In this document: positions 52,704 through 64,000 of the stretch, piece after piece
Numbering within the stretch: position 1 is the first letter of the stretch
Layout of the letters: each line of letters opens with the position of its first letter
Assembly: GCF_001949145.1 (NCBI RefSeq)
Contig: NW_019091360.1
Coordinates: 1,361,599-1,425,598 of the forward strand
Length of the DNA stretch: 64,000 bases
Source: Acanthaster planci
Taxonomy: Eukaryota
Reading direction: 5' to 3'
The notes under the pieces: model-generated
Told to the model about the DNA's origin: nothing
What the model saw: the letters and a program-made list of their open reading frames with translations, nothing else
Database searches by the model: none
Position numbers and translations under genes: made by a program

Positions 52704-54998
52704 GGTCTCTCAGACAACTTGACCGTTTACCAACTCGACCTCCGACAACTCGTTCATTGGGACAACTCGATCATTGAGACAGCTCGACCATTTGCCAAGT
52801 TGTCCATTAGGACAACTCGACTTTGACAGAGAGACAACTCAACTGTTGCCATGTTGACTACACATAATACAGTAGTTCTGCTACATGTACATGTAGTTCC
52901 GGATCACAAAAATTATTCAGTCAGATTGCAGCTACAAATAATCCTTAAATTCCAGTGAGATGTGGTTACCTTGTGTGCTGGAAACACGGAAAAAATGTTT
53001 TCTTATTCTAAGCTTTTAATTTGGATGTACAGGAGGAAAGAGTTCTATGTACAGACTCCACAAGACATGTTGTGCACAAACCCTGTGAGACAGGTCTGAA
53101 AAATAGTAAGTGTATTCTTATTAAACAAATTGGTATTTTCCCTCCTAAATTGAACTTTTCTGGACATATGGTTTTGCTTCCTGATGGCTATTAAGTCACT
53201 GATTGTAGGTCAACTCGCCCCCTGGCCGACTCGCCCCTTCCCAGCTCGCCCCTTACCAACTCGCCCCCTGACCGACTCGCCCCCTAGCCGACTCGCCCCT
53301 TACCAACTTGCCCCCTAGCCAACTCGCCCCCTTACCGAGTCCGACTCGCCCCCTGAACGACTCGCCTCCTGACCGACTCGTCCTCTAAGTTTGCCAAGCA
53401 CGTATGGCCGGCCCATTCACCATTTAAAAGAAAATACAATCAGTCAGAGATGGAATCAGTGATTGCTGCCCTTAAAAATAGGTTCTGGGGTTTGCAGCTG
53501 GCACTCAAAGTTGAGTTTGTTTAAAGCTTGGTGAATATTCCCTTCATGTGAAATTGGGGGTAACAATACTTTTTTTTATATTGGTAAAACTAATTCAGTA
53601 TTATCGTGTGTATGGGCCATAGCGCAGCGTTTCCTGTGTATTGTCTATGGGATTTCGTGTGCCACAACACCAACACCCTACCATATTAATTAACTTTGCG
53701 AACTATTTAAGATAAAAAAATGGTACATATTAGGCATAATGCCCGGCGACGCAAACCTACGGAAGTGTTAAGGAGACATGATTTGTGACAAAGGGTGTAA
53801 CGGTCGCTACACACTTTCAGGTTCCGATAACTTCACAGGATAATGGGGCGTTAAAAATTGACTTTAGTGTACAATGTACCACTATGACTTTATACATCAC
53901 ACAAAAAGCGTATACCCAAGAACCTAAATCAATTTTCGTAGTATATGTGAGGTCCCAGTTGAGTGAATGAGCAACAGAACACTATAACTAACTAAATGGA
54001 TGTCGGGTCACTTCAAGAAGATACAGTCACATACCCAAATATTAATGGGACGGAGGGTTCAAAGTTGNNNNNNNNNNNNNNNNNNNNNNNNNNNNNNNNN
54101 NNNNNNNNNNNNNNNNNNNNNNNNNNNNNNNNNNNNNNNNNNNNNNNNNNNNNNNNNNNNNNNNNNNNNNNNNNNNNNNNNNNNNNNNNNNNNNNNNNNN
54201 NNNNNNNNNNNNNNNNNNNNNNNNNNNNNNNNNNNNNNNNNNNNNNNNNNNNNNTGAGTCGGTAAGGGGCGAGTCGGTCAGGGGGTGAGTTGACCTGACA
54301 CCAAGTCACTGTAGGGAAGAATTACTGGTGTCCATACATGTACATGTACATGGAACTCTTTCTGGCACTAACTCCTACATTCCCAGTTCTGGATCGGTTT
54401 ACCCAGTTCCAGGTCACGACTACATGTACATGTAATTCTTTTTCACGAATAAAACATAGCCGCGCTGATTTTCTAACGAAGAATTTATGAATTTAGAGAA
54501 AATTTGTTTATGAATAAGAATTTCAAGAAGTTTTGCATAAATTTGACAGTTTCAACTGTACAGCGAGCTATCAATGATTGTACATGTTGGCCTACATTGT
54601 CTAAATTATTACCAAGATGTAGGGAAAAAAAGATCCCCTATGCTTTTCACTTTTCCTATTTACACTAAAAATGGTTCAGACTGGACAACAAACATAAAAC
54701 AGGAGATATTATGAGACAACACAGTACAATATACTGGCAAGATTCAACAGTCAAAGACAGACGTGCTAGTTAAGACAGGCTTTAGCCTAGTTTTAACATG
54801 TTTAAATAATGCAAGTACATGTATATGTAGATAGGCATAATTACATGATTTGATTTTCATTATACGGACTAATAAGATCCAGTGCGACACCGTAGCCAGT
54901 ATTTTGAGCGCGTGGCTCTGCATTCTAAACTCCTTTTTACGCACGGATGGGTGAGTTGTGTGAACGGTCGAGTTGTCTGTAGTCGAGTTGGCCGGAAT
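52704..54998. mobile_element. Non-autonomous TIR element with subterminal CAACTCGACC arrays
   Basis: GACAACTCGA repeats at 52710-52845 and inverted TCGAGTTG repeats at 54950-54995; TSD not resolved. Confidence 0.55.
53201..54302. mobile_element. Non-autonomous DNA transposon with 8-bp TSD and ACTCGCCCC subterminal arrays
   Basis: AAGTCACT at 53193-53200 and 54303-54310; termini AGGTCAACTC / GAGTTGACCT; inverted arrays at both ends. Confidence 0.88.
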
Positions 54999-55109
54999 GG
55001 GCCCTTTTTTGCCAAACGGAACTTCCAAATTCCTCGTCGTGAAAAACGTTGACCAAAAAACGACATGTAGTGTAAATTAAACGACAAAGAGTATCAGTAT
55101 CAAACGTAC

Positions 55110-55222
55110 CGTATTATATTGCTGGCAAACTTGAGAAGGATTTCCGACACGTCTAGGAAGCTTGTGGGGCCGTTTTCTAACAGCTGACTGGTAACCAGGG
55201 CAAGCTCTTCGCTCGACGCCAT
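55110..55222 (-). CDS. NGLY1: NGLY1 coding exon 1 (start of PUB domain)
   Basis: ATG at 55222; MASSEELALVTSQLLENGPTSFLDVSEILLKFASNII(R); donor CG|GTACGT; 113 nt, ends phase 2, matching exon 2. Confidence 0.88.
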
Positions 55223-55520
55223 GATTTCCTTCAATTTCTGACAATCTGACTTCGGCTCCATAGAGGGCGCTGTGTCACTTCCACGATGAGAGGGTTTGTG
55301 CCCACAGCACAGACACGCGTTTGTGTATGCACCTTTTGTTTTTCGAGGTTCAGTTTTTATCGTCGGGCTGCCCTTTCTTTTTAGTACGAAATGAAAAGAA
55401 GAAGACTTCCCCTTGTTACCTAATTTTACGATGTGACGTTCCTGTGGCTTAACATCGATCAGAATCAGCCGAAAAATCAACAAAGTTAAGGAGAGCACGC
55501 GCGCACATTACCCAGGGCTC
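55223..55520 (-). promoter_or_regulatory. Probable NGLY1 5'UTR/promoter region
   Basis: CpG-rich stretch upstream of the ATG, with CTCF-like CCATAGAGGGCGCTG at 55258-55272; TSS cannot be determined. Confidence 0.5.
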
Positions 55521-57659
55521 GAATACAATATAAAGGGTGTCTCAAAACTTCCAAACTGCATGCTAAGGGCACTAGAGGTGCTAGAGGATTTGAAGCCTGC
55601 AACATTTGAATTTGTCATTGTAGAAAGTGAAGACAAAGTGAATTGCTGATGCCCGCCAAACCACCATTTAGGCCCCACATATGCTGTCACATTCGCTGTG
55701 GCCCATAAACTGATGGTGCCAAAAATGCTGCATTTTGCATTTGCCTGTCCCCATCTGCCCTAGTGGGGGCTAGGAAGGACAAAGTAATGTGCTCCACTAC
55801 ATTTTGTAAAGGAAATACATCATAGCTATGGAACGTCGAGGAGAGCACACACAATGCTGTACTAATCCACCCACGTACATCAATGCGCACGTGTCATACG
55901 CAAAGTGATGACCACATGTTATTATTCAAATGATCTCTTACAAATGAGTGCTCAACAAAAATTAAGTCATGCATTTGGGACTAGCAATTATTTTGTAATG
56001 GAGCGCAGCGTATCGCTTTTCAAAATGGCGACGAGCTTTAAGACTCTTATTAAGCGTGGTCATCTTTGGGAGATAAAGCGAATTGATTCACCCCAATAAC
56101 CAGAACAGAACCAAGTTTTAATTGGTTTTCCAGACTCTAACGAAAGTTGAATTTCCCCCCTTTTTTTCCAGTGAAGGTACCTATGTACTGTAATAAAAAC
56201 AAATGGAACTTAATTTATAAACCGGCCTGTAACTGTTCTTGACGCACAGAGCGTGAAGCGATTGGTGCCCCCATCGTGCCGCATAGTGAACCTGATTAAG
56301 AGTCCCTCTCAAGTCAGCCTGGGTTATGGGTATTGATTTACCTGTCTCCCCCATTGACTGATGCAGCCGTCCCCGCTTCGTCTCTATATACCTCATCATT
56401 TGCACGCCTGAGATAAGTGCTGGCAAATATTGTAAGAAATATGAGGGAAATTCTGCACAGTCTGTTGGTTTGCGGTGGCAGATTGACTCTCGTGATGAAT
56501 TGAGCTCTTGTTGCGGCAGGCAGAAGATTGAAAAAGGGCAGACAAGTGACACAAAACAGATGGTCCTGCTTTCATCTACTAAAAGAATAGGCCTGTATGC
56601 TAGACTTGTCTTTTTTTCTTTCTCACGCTATGTGAAGGTTTTGTTCTTAACTGAAGATACAGCTCACTGCATGGTGATATGGAACTCTTGTGTTAAGAAA
56701 TCTGGACTTCCATTTTAAAAAGATTTTTGGGGGGCAGACATTACATTGATTTCAATTTATAATGGGTGTGTGATCATAAGTCCAGAAAGCATCCTACAGG
56801 GTTCCTTTTTAGTGTGAGCATATACTGGTGCCAAAATAGTTAGCTCATTTTATAAGCCCTATCCGTTGATAACCGTGACAGGATATCCAGTCTTGAGGAG
56901 CTCTCGTGGGTTTCATGTAATTAACAGATCATCAACATGCATGCACAACACAGATGCGCGAGCTTAGCACTTCCTATTTGCAAGCGTTATTTAAATTTTT
57001 TTGGTTTGCCAATGGCAATGCTTTGCCCAACACGGGCAAAGTCTCAGCTATAATAAAATCATGGCCTCGGAACAATCACAGTTTGGTAATTTATCTTCTC
57101 TCACTAAGTATCACTGATCACGTTCCTTTGCAATATATTTCAAATCATTTGTTACTTTGGTCAATTTTGGATGAAGGCATAAAGTATAGTGAGAATATTT
57201 TCAGCAATGAGCAAGAAAAAAAAAATCGAATTGATAGCCGCCGCTTGTATCACGCATATGAGCGAGCTCGCACGCCTGGCAGAAATTTACCCACAAAGCT
57301 CTGCGCGTGGTTTGCTATGAACCCGTTAGACGTATTTCCCTTCACTTACATCTGGATGTGCTGGGCCATCAGCCGTTCCAAGCGGTTTCTGTTTCCTAAA
57401 TAACAGATCTGATAAAAGTTCGGGTATTTGGTACGATTAATTGAAGTTTCGAGACCTGCAAGCTTTAAGAATGTGCCATTCTTAAATGGCTGGTCTCATA
57501 TAACTGTCCAAAGTGATTAATGTTACCGGCGACGTCATGCAAATTTCCTCTGTTTGTGTGTCTGTAATAATCGTGTGTTCGTAATAAACTCTGCACCTCC
57601 GGTTGTGGTGGAGTCATTTTCAGTTGCTAAGCTATACGCATATGAAGTATACTCTTTCG

Positions 57660-57925
57660 AATGTCAAAGCTCTAGTGGCATTGTTTGGGCAAGGATGGGC
57701 AAGGAAAGTGAGCGTCTCGGCCCGATCTTTTGGTGGTCAACTTCCAGCACTTGAGGATTTGTATCGTTCTCGGTTCAAGAAGAGAGCCCGGTGTATTGTA
57801 GAGGACAAGTTTCTTCCAGCACTTGATCTTTTCCAGTCGACTGTCAAATAACCGATATCGTTCAATAAAGTTGGGTTCTGAACGCACATTACCAAGTTTT
57901 TTCTCTCATAGCGATTTGCATCCTT
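57660..57925 (+). mobile_element. Decayed Rex1/Babar-like LINE C-terminus
   Basis: GGQLPALEDLYRSRFKKRARCIVEDKFLPALDLFQ...RYRSIK matches the LPSLxDLY..R..RA..I..D..HP..LF..RYRSI pattern. Confidence 0.65.
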
Positions 57926-58069
57926 GAAGGCTCAGGACAATCGGTTATTTTTGTTTTAATACAAACCTTCAAAATGCATCGCTGTGTCTCTGCAGATAAC
58001 CCTTTTTCAACTTTTATTTCACTGTTTCAAAGAATATTTTGCTACTTTTTTGGTTTTATGCAAATGAGA

Positions 58070-58450
58070 TTTCAGTATTCATTGAGCAAAACTGTGATGT
58101 CTTACCAGGAAGAGAGCCTTAATGTTACATTGGTTTGTACACAAAAAGTCCTACATGTTTGTAGAGTTTGCAACTAACTAAATATTCTCTTCTTTGTTGA
58201 TTTATTGTTGTTTATGTGCATAGCAATAAGTTAGCACGAATCCCTTTCAGCGTTTTCAGCGAGTAAATTCTCGGTTCACAATCTTAATAGAAAAGTGTTT
58301 GCAATGAGCCATTATTTTAAGTGTTTTTAAGAGTGCACCTTTCAATGCATTTGACCGAATGGGAGTGTGACAGAGTTTTCACACATTGAAGAAGAGTACA
58401 AAGTGCAGGAAAGCTCTGTCTAAGAAAAATTCACTGCGGCTACACTTTAA
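58070..58450. mobile_element. Arm of a non-autonomous DNA element (Kolobok-like terminus), copy 2
   Basis: GAGCAAAACTGTGATGTC, TACACAAAAAGTCCT, GAAGAAGAGTACAAAGT and GCTACACTTTAA are shared with 36270-36767. Confidence 0.65.
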
Positions 58451-59399
58451 CGATAGCCTTAAGGGCCGTTCAAGCCAAAAATGCTGTTTATATTATTTCT
58501 ATATTATGCTGCCTGCCACTTACTTAACAAGTGGGCCTTTTTATCGTCCGTTTTAGATTTTAATTTATATTTTATATATTTCTGAATTGTAATACATTCT
58601 AATGTACCTACTCTGAGAGTATAATTTTGATGGTGTGACATTTTAATGGATTTTAAAAGTTTTCAGGCGTGGAAAACGAAAAACATTTCACAAGGAGGTA
58701 ACAGTATATTTAAAGTAAATTTCCCAGTACAGTATAATCGCAAACGCGATTGGATATATTACAAATATAGCAATTATACAACAGTGCTGACTATTTCCTG
58801 GTTATAAATTACTGCGCCGTGGCCGGTCCTGCTAGGTAAATCACTAGTGCTAAAGATATCGCCATACTTAATTACGTACTTTCACCGCCCCACCCACCAG
58901 ATCACTTACACACGGCCAGAGGTAGAGTGTACATTAGAAATACTGACCCGGTACAAGCTCGGCGACCGCGAACAACGTGGTTCATCCACGACCTTAAAAG
59001 CGCCGCCCGTTATGCTGTCGTGGTAAGATAGCACATACGCCGCGCTGCGCGTAGGATTTTAGGGACCCACGATCACATGCACGCGGTACCTCGTACACGC
59101 ACGATAAATTTTGATGTGTGGTCTTGAAGAACGTCCTCGGACTCTTCCGCCATCGTGTTTGTTTGTGCGACTGACTGAAGAACATCATTCGGGAAATGGT
59201 GGTGGGATGATTGATTGGAGTAGGGGCTGCACATCTCAGACATAAATCGGGCGTCGCATGGATGGTGGCAGCGTACATACCGTCACTACCGACGTCGCTG
59301 ACTCCACCTACATGGTTCATTTACTCCGCCATACGGGGAGGGTTGGGAGAGCAGCCTCGGCACGGAGCCAGTTGTGGTTGCATCTTTAACGCGGCTCGG

Positions 59400-59920
59400 T
59401 AACCACATCTACACACGCCATCCTCCGAGAGTGCTACGGCCCGTAGGCTTTAACACCATTTTCCCCGCGAAAAATGCACGGCATCTCACAGCGCGACATC
59501 CCAGCCGTCTAGTACCAGGCCACGTTTTTTTTCAGCGGGAGAACTGTGGAAAGTGGAGACGGTGTCTGAGTGTTATTTTTTTCGGTTGTGCTCTGGTGAG
59601 GGTGCACCTCTTTCCCGGAACGACGCCATCATGCTGATAGACGTTGCCTGCATATTGCGTGCCGCCCTGGCGATTATTCTCCTGCGGCTTATGTCATGCG
59701 GTAAGAACCCCCCAAAAAACATTTCCGTTGTGCATTGCGTCTCGTATAAATGGGACGGGTTTCTAATCCACTTATTTCCCCTGTCTGCCCGGTGGACTGA
59801 CGGCCTACATCCACATAACCCATTTCAAGGGGTGCGCCTTGCTTCATTGCATATTGAATCATCAGTGTCATCATTATCTTAACGCCTAAATATTCAAAGC
59901 AGCTGCACTCTTCCAAAATG
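59400..59920 (-). mobile_element. Very decayed LINE (RTE-like) RT C-terminus
   Basis: LEECSCFEYLGVKI resembles the LExVxxFxYLG motif; downstream similarity is weak. Confidence 0.4.
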
Positions 59921-61707
59921 TCGACATACGGAAAGCTAATTTTTTTTTAATCTTGAAATTCACAGAAACCAACCACTCTTGCATGAGTGAACAGCCAACC
60001 TCTGTTGATGCTTCACGCTGGCTGCCGTATAAGCTATTCAAATGCATTGTAGCGCCTTCAGTTTTTCATGTTCTATATAAATCTGTTGGCTAAAGTGCAC
60101 CATCACCCCAACTCATATTATGTAGGCACGTGGTGTGACGAGGCGTGACATTATCTTCAAGTTAAACCGTAGCTTTTAATCGTACAAAATATCTCTCAAG
60201 GATACATGAAAAGGAACGCAGCAAACTCACTCTTTCAGTGATAAAGAGCGGGTCTAAGCTTGTTCTTGAACGTCGTACACTCAAGTTTGTTTTGTCAATA
60301 GAAACCACAATAAAGGCTACGAAAGACTCTAATATTAAGTCAGACCGTGATATCACAGTACGATAGTCACGTTAAAGCACTTTGTAGATAATTGATTTCC
60401 TTGAGAATCATTGGAATCCGAAATTGAGCTGATTGATAAACAAGGTTGCGCTTGCCGGAAAGAAATGCTTCTGCTTTATGGTATTTTTCTTGAATTTGCA
60501 CCTATTTCGTGAAGTTCAGGACGTACTGAAGATCTCGTTTTTACACTCTGCGTAACTGATAGGCAACACATCATAAAACCATACATAGGCCTAAGCCATC
60601 GCCACGCTTAGATCATAGTAACTAACATTTTGTCTTCCTCGTTACCCAAGCACAGATTTCTTGCGCACACATAATTCCCAATCAGAATTGAGCACAGCCG
60701 GCTGCACGTCCTTGCATTACGAGGAATGTTTATACCGTGACTACTGTAATGGGAATGCATTTTCATATTGAAGCAGTCACTCGTTAAAGCGTGGCAGATA
60801 ATCTGACGAACGACCTTTTTATTGCTTACAGCTGTGCGCTGAAAGTGGCGTTATATTTTCCTTTCTCTGTGGTTATTCGATAACTACTAGACCCAGCAGT
60901 GAAAGGAAATTGTCTGATACTCGGATACCTAATACGAAAGATGTGTGACCATGGCGACATATAGGAATTCAGATTTGGTTCAAGAAATAACGTGGACTGT
61001 GATTATCGTTGATTGATGTTGGGAAGCATGTAGGCCAACTGGATTGTTGTAATAAATCTATATCATCATTTAGAAATATAACTTTAAAATCACCTGTTAT
61101 TGCAGATACGATGGACAGACGAATTTTCAAATTTGAGCTGTAGTCTGCCGGGGAAAAAACACAAAAGAACGTCACGCAAAGCTAAAGGGGTACAAGATGA
61201 GAATGGAGCGTTATTGAAGTGAAATCTAAGTACCTTTTCTCGATCCAGCAAAGCGCATACGCAGAGTGGCGGAGGAAAACGTACGCTGTCGGAGCAGGGG
61301 GATTCTCGAATTACGTGTGGCCCCGATGGGGGAAACCATGTCAATCTATCTCCATGGAGATACGCGGGATGAGTGGTTTTCGTAGCGACGGATGGGTCAC
61401 AGGTTAGTTGTTTGTCCCGCGGAATGTACAGGTGGTCTGTGATTGCTTGTACAATCGTTTGATCTCGAGGATGGGCAGAAACAGCAAAACCCGGTATTTT
61501 GCTGTTTGATGAGTATACTAACTTACCCATTACACATGCGTATTGCCTGCGCTCATTTTTTTTCGGGGGTTGGGATTTAATTTTTTGTGTGTCGCCAGTC
61601 GTTAAATTTCTTTGAAAACTGCTGAACATACGAAATGCCCATGTCTTCAAAATAATAATTAAGTTTATCCCGTCCTGATGCTAAGGGTGTTAATTTTATA
61701 CAGGTAT

Positions 61708-62089
61708 TAGGGCAACCGGGTACCCGATTAAAAAAAATACGTGTACCCGATAAAAAAAACCCAATGTTTAAATCCCAACATTTGATACCTGAATTCAGAG
61801 AGTTCGTTTACGTCTACAGCACAATACCACCACATCGGTTGAATCAAAATTCAAGGCAAAATACGCCTGTGCAGTAAGCTTAATGTAATCGTTTCATGAT
61901 GTAAATTTTGGCGTTATGAACATGAATTGTGTTGTCCGGTTTTACTTTTGAAATTTTGCACTAGTGGCACTACCCTCCCCCTTTTTATTGCCTGAGAAAT
62001 TACAAAGTGTTATGCAATGCTACGGATAATCTAGACCAGTTTCTATATAGCAGGATCCGTCGGGTATCCGGGTCTGATGCACAGCCCTA
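61708..62089. mobile_element. hAT-like MITE
   Basis: TAGGGC...CCGGGTACCCG and CGGGTATCCGGG...ACAGCCCTA termini; no intact TSD. Confidence 0.55.
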
Positions 62090-64000
62090 ATGTATACTGA
62101 CAGTATTGTTGCCATTTAAGGAAAAGGGGGAAAATATGACGAATTGTTTTATAGACTGTGAGTCAAACCAAGACCAAGGGTGTTTAATGGTACTTTAATT
62201 TCATACCCCAAAGCCATTGGTAGTTGATTTCTGTAAGTCACCTTCAATATCTTTCTGTTTATCAGTGCTTCAATAAGACAGTTTCTGCAGATAGGTACAC
62301 ACAGACTGAACTTCAACTATATAACAGAGTGCGCGAACCTATGCTCCGGGGAGACTTACGTTAAGCACAGGATGTGCCATGAAAGCACTTCTGCCAGTTC
62401 ACGAGACAAACATTTTTCTCGAATACCACTTTCGCATTTATGTATCGTAAATTGAATTGGCCCACATCGTCTAATCAATTTGGACTAACATAGATATGGC
62501 TCAGGTGGCAAGAAAGTTGTGACTATAATGTCACCTCAAGGTCACCGTAAATTGGATTTAAAGGCAGGTACTTGGCGCCAGGAAAATATAATTACGTGGA
62601 GTGTAATTCTCTCACAACGGCTCCTTGGGAGTTTTCACAGAAACTATCAGACATGTAAACTCCTAAATATTTCTGATCTTGTTTATTTCCCGTGCTAATG
62701 GACAATTCTGCTTGGTGTTATGTTCACTAAGTATTTCTTTACTGCATTTCATATCTTCAAAACGATTATTTCAAGAGTAACTTCTAAACATTCACTGAAC
62801 CAATTTAAACATCGGTACTGCGGTATTAATAATTTTCGTGGAAAATGAATTCAGGACATTAAAGAGAAAATTCATGTTCAATCCACAAAATGGTAACTTT
62901 ACCTCACTGTCCGTATGAGCCCATTCGGCCTGCCATTAGTTTTTAACTCGTTTCGGGCCAGTTGTGACGATCTTTGACCATTTATACTCAAAGCGTAAAT
63001 TTGGGGGAAAAGGTGGGTTTAAACGAGAAAAAGTACGCAAGGGGTAGTTTTTCTAAGAAGAAAATCGAAGATGGGACTGATTTTTGCCTGGAGTGAAACA
63101 CTGGCGTCGGCTTAATGGCGGACGGCACGTATTACGACCACCCCGCTTCATCCATTCAATTTAGCACGGCTATCGATCCCGAGCAAAGGCTCCGTGTGTT
63201 CCATAACCACGCGCCGTCACATCCGTGGACAAAGTGCGACTGACCCGAGTCGTTCGTGCATGGCGTCTGTGTGCTGGACAGTTTGCCTGCGCGGGTAAAT
63301 TTTGTTCAGCGGCGAAAAGCGCACACAATTATAGTGTGTAAGTGGGGATTTTCAGCGTCGTGGGCAGATCCAGGACAAGAGTTTCGGAGGGAGGGTTCAA
63401 AATATGTCTTTTTTTCGGGGGGTGGGCACAATTTTGCATTTTTTTTATGCACTCTATTTTGGCCTCTGAAAGGGGTTAGCTACATTTTGATACTCTTTGC
63501 ATGCGTTTAGAATGGCGCAAGACAAAAATTGTCTTTCATTTTCTTGTAATTTTTGACTTTTGTGGGAAGGGGCATTGCCACCACCACCCACCCCCCATCT
63601 GCCCTTTTTAATGTCATACTCCCGCACAAAAAAGTCTTCACGCAAAACGGCACGGAATAACTTATCAAAGTGGCAATCTAGTTGATCCTACACCTTTATA
63701 CCACTGGAAATTAGTGACTTGGCGTTTAGATCATTGACATAAGGTTTCATTTCCTTCCGAGTCCTTTTTCTCGCAAGGAATTTCCCAAGAGACAGTCCCC
63801 TGATTGACTCAGGTTTCAACAACAGAAAGCGCGGCACACCGTTGTCCGTATCTCAGCAGTGTCTGCCAGCGCTCTCGAGTTTTCCCGCCTTACATGTATT
63901 TGATCAATATCCGTCGGTTTTGTGAGCTCACTATCTCAAAAATGATACAATTGAAAGTATGACTCTGGTTGGCTAGTTTCATATGTTTTCCTGGTGCCAT

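Noticed and set aside
53207..53385. CRISPR-like array (also 52710-52845 and 23694-23823)
   Set aside because: Eukaryotic context, no unique spacers of regular length and no cas genes; these are transposon subterminal or tandem repeats.
55905..64000. Divergent protein-coding gene upstream of NGLY1 (e.g. AAAATGGCG at 56022; ORFs at 56954, 58994, 61090)
   Set aside because: No recognisable protein and no consistent exon chain; GC-rich parts are partly explained by LINE fossils.

Overview
Animal genomic DNA, probably a marine invertebrate (inferred from the repeat families and abundant TACATGTA motifs), with six N-gaps. One protein-coding gene is well supported: NGLY1 (cytosolic peptide:N-glycanase) on the minus strand, 55222 to 25114. 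It has 12 phase-consistent GT-AG coding exons, about 638 aa, and PUB, transglutaminase-like (Cys/His/Asp triad, two CxxC) and PAW domains. The end of exon 8 lies in a gap. The rest is mostly transposon debris: a decayed DIRS-type tyrosine-recombinase retrotransposon with nested L2 and MITE insertions, a Penelope-like element with inverted pLTR and 12-bp TSD, several Penelope-type hammerhead ribozyme motifs, RTE and Rex fossils, tRNA-derived SINEs and many MITEs. The most unusual observation is a 39-bp minisatellite made from the NGLY1 exon 8/intron 8 junction. It forms an array of competing splice donors separated by in-frame stop codons. All calls were made by eye; no searches were run.
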